A DNA stretch of 64,000 nt from positions 992,001-1,056,000 of the forward strand of contig JADEYG010000001.1 in assembly GCA_016906335.1 (NCBI GenBank), written 5' to 3'. Positions 22,993 through 33,133 of this stretch are shown one piece after another. The position numbers and the translations under genes are program-made. Origin of the DNA: Novakomyces olei (lineage: Eukaryota). Numbering within the stretch: the stretch's first letter is position 1; the number at the start of each line of letters is the position of its first letter. The notes under the pieces are model-generated. The model made no database searches. It saw only the letters and a list, made by a program, of their open reading frames with translations, and had not been told where the DNA came from.

Positions 22993-23997
22993 TTACTCCC
23001 ACTCCAAGACAGTAAGTCCCGATAACACTCTTTTCGCTGTCCCTGGTAGATCCGTCCCGTAGACCTCTCTGTAAAACTCCACCATAGTCCGGTGTTCTTG
23101 TATCACTACGCTTCTGATCCCTGGTCTCTTCTGGGCTAACTTGGCTTCCCAGTCGACCACTCGCTGAAGGCATTCACAGTCCTTCGCGGCATAGTTGTAT
23201 CCAAGTAACGAGCTGTCCGAGACAGCGATAACCGCGTGAAGCGTTCCCGGTTCCATATTTAACATCATCCCTTTCCTCAACACACTGTAATGGAGGCTCT
23301 TATTAAGCGTAGGGAGGTGTCTTGGTATGACCCGACCCTGAGTAGAGCGATGATATTCCTCGTAAGTTCTTAGATTCACTTCTGTGGGAGGCCACATCAG
23401 CCCTACCTTCGTTCCTGATATCCCAAATATAACACTGCCGTACGCCACAGGGTCAATGTGGACGTTTGTAAATGTCCCGGCAGGTGTCATGGTCGACGAC
23501 CAATTCGTACTGTTCCCTTTGTGCTCTGGCAATGGCTCTAGCAGCAGCAAAGTTCCTTCCTCTGTCGGCGCAATGTTATAAGCCGCCAGTGGATTTGCGT
23601 GTCGGTACGCCCAATCTGCGAAAAACCTGCTCACTTTGTAATCCTCGTCCTCGCAACCCGTAATAGGACTGATCAAGTTGCACCCTTCATTCTTCCACAA
23701 GTCGCAGATAATGTGTTCGATAGTGATCCCTAGGTAAGGGGCCGTCAGCGGAGCCCTAGCTCCTGACTGGAAACGTTGGAGGGCCCTCAAAGTTGACTCC
23801 CCAGCCGTGAAGTTATCCGACTTCTTCGCGTTCTCTCGAAATTCTTGAATCGGCAAAACCGTCCCTTCTTTATGGCACGTTGTCACATGCCTTCGCACGT
23901 CTTGAATGCGCGATATCCTTAGTCCACATATAGCGCATTCGTTAGCACCCGAGTTGCGGGGCTTGCGCTTATTCCCAACAGCTTCATTCTCGCTCAT
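22993..23997 (-). CDS. C2H2-ZnF + JmjC (JHDM1/KDM2-like) cargo protein, family J, intact 334 aa
   Basis: KRKPR, CAIC-x12-HVTTCH, FTNVHIDP, SGTK, WPPTEVNL, EPGTLHAV..DS..GYNY. The stop codon abuts the LTR. Confidence 0.85.
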   Translation of the reverse strand: MSENEAVGNKRKPRNSGANECAICGLRISRIQDVRRHVTTCHKEGTVLPIQEFRENAKKSDNFTAGESTLRALQRFQSGARAPLTAPYLGITIEHIICDLWKNEGCNLISPITGCEDEDYKVSRFFADWAYRHANPLAAYNIAPTEEGTLLLLEPLPEHKGNSTNWSSTMTPAGTFTNVHIDPVAYGSVIFGISGTKVGLMWPPTEVNLRTYEEYHRSTQGRVIPRHLPTLNKSLHYSVLRKGMMLNMEPGTLHAVIAVSDSSLLGYNYAAKDCECLQRVVDWEAKLAQKRPGIRSVVIQEHRTMVEFYREVYGTDLPGTAKRVLSGLTVLEWE

Positions 23998-25593
23998 CTT
24001 GGGTTGCTTCGCAGGTTGCTCGTAGCCAACCTTTGTGCAAACTTTTTCTTCCCTTAACTCAATAAAATAGTATATAACTATTATTACTTAACTCCAATTT
24101 AAGTAATTCTGTAGACAACTTTTTCTAAGTTGCTTAAATATGCGCTTCGAGCACACTTTGTAGCAATAGTTCACTTCTCCCATACCATTGGTATAGCTTG
24201 ATCCCAATAGTACGTACTAACACAAAATATTCAAAACCAACAAATCTTGATAGAACTTTATCATAATTAATGAATCCTTCATTTAAACTGATCATATCTG
24301 CCTTAAGCTTGCTCCCCCTCTCCGAGAGCAGTGATAATAATCCAAATAATAACGAGCTACTGAAATCGTGACAGTAAGTACAAAAACAATAACAATTTCG
24401 TGTTGAAGACGCAAAAAAATAGCGAGCCACAGTTGAATGGGCTTCAAAATCAGATTTTTTCTTTTTAATATTTAATCTTTTTGTAATCTTAAGGTCTAAC
24501 TCCGACAAAACCTCGTGCCAACGGGCTTGTCTTCTCGTAAGTTGCTTTGTAGTAGTAAAGCGTTGCAGATTCTGATGATCTGTATAAACCAATACCGTGT
24601 GCGGTGAACCTTGCACGTACGGTCTCCATGTCTTAAATGCCCATACAATGGCTAGCAACTCCTTGTCGTGTATGTCATAATTTATCTCTGCCGGTGACAA
24701 CTTCCGACTTATAAAAGCAACTGGACGCTTCTGTCCTTCGTTGTCCTCTTGTAACAAAGCCGCTCCCAATGCATAATCAGATGCATCGGTCTCCATGAAG
24801 CATTGCTTTGAGTTGTCAATGTGAGCTAGTATTACATCGTTCAGGAAGGCCTTCTTTAAGTTGCTTAAAGCTGTGCTCTGAGCGTCAGTCCAAGCAAACT
24901 TTGTATCCTTTCGCAACAATCTTGTTATTGGCAGCACTGTCTCTGAAAATCGAGGTATAAAACGTCGGTAATAGTTACAGAAACCCAATAAAACCTGTAC
25001 ATCCTTCACGCAGGTTGGTGTTGGCCAATCTTGTATTGGTTTTGTCTTGTCATCTGCCATTGACAATCCTTTAGCAGATATGATATAACCCAAAAAACTC
25101 GACACTTTCACGATGAAACTCACATTTCTCCAACTTTGCGTATAGCTCATTTTCGCGTAGTCTCTGTAGCACTTCCTTAACATCCTCGTGATGTCTCTCC
25201 ATACTTGTGCTGTAAACCAGTATGTCATCCAAATAGACTAGTTGTTAGGGGGTGACCCTGGGTGATGGACTAGCCCGATATCGCGCGGGCGGAGGCAGGA
25301 AGATGGGACGAACCAGAGTACTGTCGGTGACTATTGCAACAAGGAGACTGAGGAGCCTACAGTCGCGAAGTATAGGCGTAACCCAAATTGATTTCACACA
25401 AGGGACAAGTAGAAGACAAGCCTCTATTTATAAGCTTGACCCTTGTGGTTAAACTATGAGAAAACTATTCTAGAACTATCTAAGCCACATTAAACAAATA
25501 ACTAAAAGAAATTAAAGTAATAAACTGGAAAGTTGAATAAGACTCGTCGCTATATCAACCGTTCATAGCGGCCTAAATAGCGACTCCCTAACA

Positions 25594-26583
25594 TTACTCC
25601 CCTCTCAAAAGTCGAAGTCCTTTGTTGAAATCAAAAGAAAAAGAAGAGAAAGAAGACTTAAAAACCTTTTCGTAATGCCGAAGACAAACACGATGTTCTT
25701 CAACCGCATCGCGTGTCAATTCAGCCTTACCCTTTGCGAAGTTTGCGTCCCATTCGATAAGTCTCGTAATGTCCTTGTCGAGTACGGCAAAGTTGTATCC
25801 CATCAGCGCAGAGTCGGTGATTGCGATAACACCGTGGAGAGTGCCTGGTGGAAACGTGATTGACCTATTCTCCGAGAGAATATAATACTTCAGGCCGCGC
25901 AAGTAGATGATGGCATCGCGCAATGCAAACTGATGATTTTGTCGATGCCTTGGTCCAAACCAGGAAAGATTCTCTGGTGTGGGCGGCCATGTTAGAATCA
26001 TTTTTGTTCCGAAAACACCGTAGACAACTGTCCCGAACATGATGGGATCAATGTGCACGTCTGTTACAGTCCCTGCTGGTGTAAGGACCGACGTCCAGTT
26101 TGTCGTGTTATCCGCATGCTCGTCAAGAGGACGTAGCTTTTTGGCGGAGCCCAATCGGCTAGGTTTTAAATTGTACACCGCGTATGGGTTTGCGCCCCGA
26201 TCCATCCACGCTGCAAGAAATGAGATAACACTAGTGGCCTTGAGAACGATTTGGTTCGATGCGTTGTCAATAATCTGACATGGTGAACGGGACGTTAGAT
26301 CCTTGAGGAGATCTTCACACTCGATGTCGACCGTATCGTAGGCTGCTTCATGGAGAGCTGTTTGGCGAGTGCTTAGCGTGCGCAAACACGTCAGCACACT
26401 TTCGTAATTTGTCGATTTTCCCCCGCAACGATAAAACTCCTTGATGCACGCAGACATTCTTTTGTCATGGACTGCAATCTGATGCCGTTTCCTGTCATAT
26501 TGTTCGTAGAACCTTGTTCCACAATCTAAACATTCTAGCGGTCCTTGGTTTCTGGGGCGTCTGGTGCTTTTTTCTCGAGGCAT
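25594..26583 (-). CDS. C2H2-ZnF + JmjC cargo protein, family C, intact
   Basis: ATG 26583 (MPREKSTRRPR), CLDC-x12-HQIAVH, VTDVHIDP, FGTK, WPPTPENL, PPGTLHGV..DS..GYNF. Confidence 0.87.
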   Translation of the reverse strand: MPREKSTRRPRNQGPLECLDCGTRFYEQYDRKRHQIAVHDKRMSACIKEFYRCGGKSTNYESVLTCLRTLSTRQTALHEAAYDTVDIECEDLLKDLTSRSPCQIIDNASNQIVLKATSVISFLAAWMDRGANPYAVYNLKPSRLGSAKKLRPLDEHADNTTNWTSVLTPAGTVTDVHIDPIMFGTVVYGVFGTKMILTWPPTPENLSWFGPRHRQNHQFALRDAIIYLRGLKYYILSENRSITFPPGTLHGVIAITDSALMGYNFAVLDKDITRLIEWDANFAKGKAELTRDAVEEHRVCLRHYEKVFKSSFSSFSFDFNKGLRLLRGE

Positions 26584-27261
26584 CGCTAAGTTCACTGCTG
26601 AGGGCTGGTAGAGTTGCGTTTGCTGAAAATATTTTCAGGCCAGTTAATTTATATAGAACGGTTATCAATCTTAAGTAATCGTCCGTATATAATAAGTCGT
26701 ACCGGTAATATATATATAACGGTATATATAATAATATAAGTAACCAATATAATAACAACACATATAATAATATTATGTGTGGATAATAAGGTCGCTAAGT
26801 TGTCCGCTCTGGGCGTCATATTTAGCGTCACAATAAATAATCTTTTGCGATAATAAACGGTCGCTAAGTTGCCCGCTCTGGGCGCCATATTTAGCGTCGT
26901 ATGAAATAAATAATAAAGTGCGATAATAAGCGTGTATACGTGATACATAGCACAAATATTGCAGAGCATTACTCCCCCTTCAATAATAGGTGGGTTCCTT
27001 AATAGAAAAATAATAAATAAATAGAATCAATAATTAGTTCAGAAAATAGTTATTTGGGCAAGATAGATTCGAATAGATAATAAAGAATAATATAAAAATC
27101 AAGCTGTATGAGGTTGAGGCATACAATAACAAGGGTACCGGAGTTGAATCAGTGTCCCATTTCGTAGTAAAACAATAAAAATGTTGGTGTAATAGAAGTT
27201 TTTATCCCTGAATTAAAATCAATAAGTGATAAAAAGCATAATTAGAGAATAATTGGTAGTT

Positions 27262-30200
27262 TCAAAGGTTGCGATTGTGATATTCGCGTAAAGCGTCTTG
27301 TGCATTAACCAAGTTTTCGTATGGTTCCCAGGTACGGTCTTCTGGTCCATAGTTTTTCCAATGGACGTAATATTGGCGGTTCTTTCCACGTCCACGATGA
27401 CTGACGATATGATCAACTTCATATTCTTCTGTGTCTTTGAGTATATCGGGCACAATTTGTTCTGTCGATTCACGATTAAATCGGTCAGGTTTGTGTCTTG
27501 AGAGCAGTGTTTCATGAAAAACATTGTGGATTTTAATATGATCTGGTAATTCAATGCGATAAGCGGCTGGGCCAACTGTAGCTATAATGGGAAAAGGTCC
27601 GAGAAAAACATGATCGAGCTTTGGGCTTGGTCTTGATGATAAAATGTGTTCTCTTCGTATCCAAACTAAGTCGCCAATGGTGAATTTGGGTGCTTCCAGT
27701 CGTTTGCGATCATAAAAATCTTTCATTCTTTGAACTGATTGTTTGATATAGATTGTGTAGAATTAAAGTGGTTTTCCAATCCATAGCAAGTTTGTTAGCA
27801 GATTCATTCGGCGTCTGCAGTGGTGTAAAAGCGCTTCTTGGGTGATAACCGTAGCAAGTAAAAAATGGGCTTTGTTTGGTGCTCGCGCTTATAGTATTGT
27901 TGTAAGCGAATTCGGCAAAAGGGAGCAAATCAGACCAATTGTCTTGTTGGTAATTAGAATAACAGCGTATGTACTGTTCCAAAGTTTGATTTAGTCGTTC
28001 CGTTTGGCCATCTGTTTGGGGATGGTGGCTGGTTGACTTTCGTAGTGTAACGCCAAGTTGTTGCGTTAGTGAATTCCAAAATTTGCTAACAAATCGTGTA
28101 TCGCGATCCGATACGATGTCTTCTGGGATTCCATGTAGGCGGATAATTTCCTTGATAAAAATGTGTGTGAGATCGAAAGATGTAATTGTTTCGACTGTTG
28201 GTATAAAGTGAGCCATCTTTGAAAATCGGTCTATCACAACAAAAATTGAATCAAAGGATTTAGAAATAGGCAGTTTAACAATAAAGTCAATAGAAATAGA
28301 CTTCCAAGGGCGGTCGGGAACGTAGAGTGGTACTAGCAGTCCATAAGGGCGATGTCTGGGGACCTTGTTTCGGGTGCAAGTAGTGCAGCCTTGTACGTAT
28401 TTCTTTACGTCGCGGTGAATTCCCTGCCAAAAGTAATTTCTGGTGACAAGTTCAATGGTTTTATTGATTCCTAAATGACCAGATAGCGGGTGATCATGAC
28501 ACGCTGCTAGAATCTCTTGTCGATTCTCGGGTGGCACAAATGTTTTGCCTTCTTCAACGGTGTTTACTGCGATAAACTGCGATTGTTTAAGCAGTGGTTT
28601 CAATTGTATCTTTTGATATTCAATATCCGTAGTATCTGCTAAGTCGGAGCGGCGGCTCAATGCGTCAGCAGGTATGTTTAATTGACCTCTTCGATAAATA
28701 ATGTTAAAATCGAACTCAGCTAAGATCTCAGCCCATCTGGCTTGTCGTCTGGTGAGTATTTTCGATGTTGTAAACGTTTGTAGGTTTTGGTGATCACTGT
28801 AGATCAGTATAGGATGTGGTGAGCCATGTAAATAATGACGCCATGTGCGTAAACTCCACACGATACACAAAAGTTCTTTGTCGTAAATGTCGTAATTTAG
28901 CTCTGCTGGTAGTAGCTTTCTACTAATGAAGGCGATAGGTCGTTTGTCTTTGCTTTGTTGTCGTAGACAGGCGCCTAAAGCAAAGTCTGAAGCGTCTGTT
29001 TCAATGACACATTGCAAATTGTTATCAATATGATCAAGCATAACATTTTTTAGAAATGATTTCTTCAAGTCGCTAAAAGCGTCGCTCTGAGCGGCGGTCC
29101 AAGCGAATGCGGTTTTTTGCTTGAGTAACTCAGTTATTGGTAATACAATTTTCGAGAAATTCGGGATAAAGCGGCGATAGTAGTTGCAGAAACCTAAAAG
29201 AATTTGCACGTCTTTGACATTCTTTGGCTGTGGCCAGTTTTGTATTGGCTCTGTTTTCGATTTTGCCATTGACAGTCCATCTTTTGATATGATATATCCT
29301 AGAAATTCAACAGTAGCTTTGTGAAATTCACATTTTTCTAGTTTCACATATAAAGTGTGTTGTCGTAAGCGATAAAGTACTTCGCGAACATCCTGAAGGT
29401 GTTGCTCAAGGGTCTTGCTATATACTAGAATGTCGTCTAGATAAACCAAAACTTTGACATCTAATATATCTCGAAATATGTCATTCATTAAATTTTGAAA
29501 CGTCGCTGGTGCATTTGTAAGTCCAAATGGCATTACGCGATATTCAAATAATCCATAGCGAGTACGAAATGCTGTTTTCCATTCGTCTCCTTTCTTAATT
29601 CTGATGAGGTTGTATGCACCTCGCAAATCTAGTTTAGTGAAGTAGATGGCCTGCGCTAACTTATCAATAAGTCCATCAATGCGCGGCAAAGGATAACGGT
29701 TCTTCACTGTAACTTTGTTTAAAGCTCTGTAGTCGACACAGAGTCTAAGGTCACCGTCTTTCTTCGGTGCAAATAGTACAGGTGATGCAGCTGGACTTTT
29801 AGATTTTCGAATAAATCCTGATTGCAAGTTTTCTTCCAAGTACTTTAGTAGATAGTCTTGTTCTTTCGGTGTAGTTCCATAAACTGGTCCGAATGGGATC
29901 TTGGCATCTTTCTCTAGTACGATTTCGTGATCGTATGAGCGGTGTGGCGGTAGTTCCAATTGTTCTTGCTCGCCAAATACATCTTTAAATTCCTGATACT
30001 CTTCTGGTATCTTGGTTGCAGTTGAGGTAACTTCTGTAATGTCCAATTCCAGAACGTCCTCGTTTTTGGCAGATGTAATTATGTTTTCATCGTCTGTTGA
30101 ATCACTTACTTCCTCAGTGTGAGGTTCAAATTCGGTGTTCATTGATGTTTCCGTGAAGGTATTACTGGTCGTCTCCCATGCAATAGTACCTTCTTTCCAA

Positions 30201-31594
30201 TTAATTATGGGGTTGTGCTTTCTTAGCCAATCTACTCCCAGTAACATGTTATTTGTTCCGATCTCGGCAACTAAAAATCTTGTATCCGTCTCGTATCCAT
30301 TGATACTCAGGTTCAAACTGTCGGTTCGCTTAATTGCTTGACGTGAACGTATAGTTCCCCCGTCAGCCACGCGTACAGTAATAGGATTCTTTAATGGAGC
30401 AGTTTCGATCTTCAACTTATCTGCTAGCTTCCAGTGCATAAAGCTTGAGCTCGCGCCGGAGTCAACTAAAGCCGTAAAACTCTCATTTCCTATTTTCACA
30501 TTTACCTCCACTCGTTGGGGCATAGTGTCTTCATTCTCACTGAATTCATCATGTTCAGACTGGTAGACCATCGTCTCCTCCAAACTTAAAGCGTTATTTT
30601 GACGTTCTCTCGTCATATCTCGTGCCGGAAATGTGCTTCGGCAATTCTTGGCATAGTGTCCAAACTTATGGCAGCGTTGGCACTGTATCTTGGGCATGTT
30701 TATGCGGCCCTTTGTATACTTGTCTGATGGCTCCGTGTTGTGTCCGCTAAAACCTCTGTTCTTAGCGACTGATTGAGCGACCATATTCTGTTGTCCGCTA
30801 TTATGTCCGTTCCAAGCGGCATTCTTTGCGGGCTGAGCTTGTACCATGTCGACGTCCATAGGCACAGCTCCCCTATCTCTCGATACTGGTTGTTGCGGTC
30901 TATGGGTTAGGAAACGACCGTTGTTCCCCTTTCTTTCTGATAGTCTGTTGTCAATTTTAATACACTCGTCAATGAGTTTGTCAATGTCGTTTGGCTCATC
31001 CATTCTGGCCAATTCGTCTTTCATTTCGTCTTTTAACCCTTCGTAAAACTGTGATATCAATGGATCATTGTTCCAATTGATCCACGCACGCAAGCGGTTA
31101 AATTCTGCAGCATACTGTGCAACTGATCGTCTCTGTCGTAGTTCACGTATCTGTTTCTGCGCTGTTCTCTGAATATTGCGGTCTCCGAACATTCGTTCTA
31201 ACTGCGTACAATATTCGTCAAAGTCGTCTAGGATCATACTGTTGTCTGTCTTCACATGTGGTTCAAACCATCTAAATGCAGAGCCTCTCAAATAGGATGC
31301 AGCAAACATAACTTGTTGTCTCTCTGTAGTAAATCTCGTCGGTTGACTGTCGATGTACATTTTGATTTGCGTAAGATACTCCGTGGTCTTCGCTCGTTCT
31401 CCGTGGTACAGTGGCGGTGTAGCCAGCTTTGGTTCCCGGTAATTCGAAGTGTGTCCACTGGTTCTTGAACTCAAATCCATCACATGACCTCGTAACTGAA
31501 GGTTTTCCTGTTCCAGGTTTTGCATTCTAGAACTCATATCCCTAAGGATTTGTTGAATCGTAGCCGACATCTCGTTGTTTGGATCGACTTCCAT
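27262..31594 (-). CDS. Gag-Pol polyprotein (gag, CCHC, PR, RT, RH, IN, chromodomain); two 1-bp deletions near 27746-27776 shift the C-terminus
   Basis: CQRCHKFGHYAKNC, ALVDSGA, YLDD, ETDASD, HHCC, DGQTER, GPF, YYVHWKNYGPEDRTWEP. Confidence 0.93.
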
Positions 31595-32850
31595 CTCGGT
31601 GCCACGTCGCGGGTGTGAAATACTGTTAGGGGGTGACCCTGGGTGATGGACTAGCCCGATATCGCGCGGGCGGAGGCAGGAAGATGGGACGAACCAGAGT
31701 ACTGTCGGTGACTATTGCAACAAGGAGACTGAGGAGCCTACAGTCGCGAAGTATAGGCGTAACCCAAATTGATTTCACACAAGGGACAAGTAGAAGACAA
31801 GCCTCTATTTATAAGCTTGACCCTTGTGGTTAAACTATGAGAAAACTATTCTAGAACTATCTAAGCCACATTAAACAAATAACTAAAAGAAATTAAAGTA
31901 ATAAACTGGAAAGTTGAATAAGACTCGTCGCTATATCAACCGTTCATAGCGGCCTAAATAGCGACTCCCTAACACTAGTACTTTGACATCCAGTAAGTCT
32001 CTAAATATATCGTTCATAAAATTCTGAAACGTTGCAGGCGCGTTTGTCAATCCAAACGGCATCACTCTGTATTCAAACAGTCCATAGCGTGTTCTGAACG
32101 CTGTCTTCCATTCATCGCCTCTCTTTATGCGAATCAAATTGTAAGCTCCTCGTAAATCAAGCTTAGTGAACACCTTCGCGTGTGCCAGCTTATCCAACAG
32201 TCCGTCAATTCGGGGTAGTGGATAACGATTTTTCACAGTTACCTTGTTGAGGGCTCTGTAGTCCACACACAGGCGCATGTCTCCTGACTTCTTCATGACA
32301 AATATGATGGGTGAAGCAGCAGGTGACTTTGATCTTTTAATAAAGCCTTTTGCCAAATTTTCTTGTATGTAGTTGAATAGATATTCCTGTTCCTTTGGTG
32401 TTGTTCCGTAAACAGGTCCAAAAGGAATCTTGGCATCTTTCTCCAACGTAATGTCATGATCATAGCTTCGATGTTTTGGCAAATTCCCACTCTGTTTGTC
32501 ATCAAACACATCATTGAAGTCCTTTTATGCTGCTGGTATGTTGCAGCTCGTCGGATCCTGACTCTCCTCTGACACTTGGCGTGCCTCAATGAGATATAAC
32601 GTTTCACTTCGGCCTTTGCTTGCATTGGTGCTTTGAGCGCGGTCCCAAGCAATAGTGCCAATTCTCCAATTCACTGTAGGGTTGTATGTGGATAGCCAAT
32701 CCATTTGTTAAGTGAGGATTACTCACTGTTGTAACAATATAAATTAGACCTAGCTAAGAGATCTATCTTTCAGACTATGGGAAGTTGGGTCCTTTTATAG
32801 ACTTTTTGTGAAGCAGATAGGACGGAGATAGGAAGGAAATAGGAAGGAAA

Positions 32851-33133
32851 TAATGAGTAATGATGATGAATCATTGATGAGTAATGATGACTCATTAATG
32901 AGTAATGATGATGAATCATTGATGAGTAATGATGACTCATTGATGAGTAATGATGACTCATTGATGAGTAATCAATCTTGATTAGATTTGATTAGATCAA
33001 TCTTGATTAGATTTGATTAGATCAATCTTGATTAGATTTGATTAGATCAATCTTGATTAGATTTGATTAGATCAATCTTGATTAGATTTGATTAGATCAA
33101 TCTTGATTAGATTTGATTAGATCAATCTTGATT
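32851..33133. repeat. Tandem arrays in LTR-E U3: 21/24-bp units with ATGACTCAT, and six and a half 25-bp units (also 38321-38603)
   Basis: ATCAATCTTGATTAGATTTGATTAG units start at 32971; GATGAGTAATGATGACTCATT units lie to their left. Confidence 0.92.

Larger units (their letters stand above)
25243..31974 (-). mobile_element. Full-length gypsy chromovirus family C with JmjC cargo; 351-bp LTRs 25243-25593 and 31624-31974; TSD CTAGT
   Basis: LTR pair appears identical, TSD on both sides, PPT GAGAGGGGAG, single gag-pol frame. Confidence 0.96.

Noticed and set aside
24134-24480. Novel C-terminal extension of RNase H
   Set aside because: It is read-through into AT-rich spacer after the integrase deletion, and the composition is not protein-like.
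32770-32961. His-rich ORF MSHHYSSMSHHY (also 38240-38431)
   Set aside because: It is a translation by-product of the LTR tandem repeat and lies mostly upstream of the TATA.
32851-33133. Regular repeat array resembling CRISPR or telomeric repeats
   Set aside because: The units are contiguous with no unique spacers, duplicated inside both LTRs, in a eukaryotic context and not terminal.
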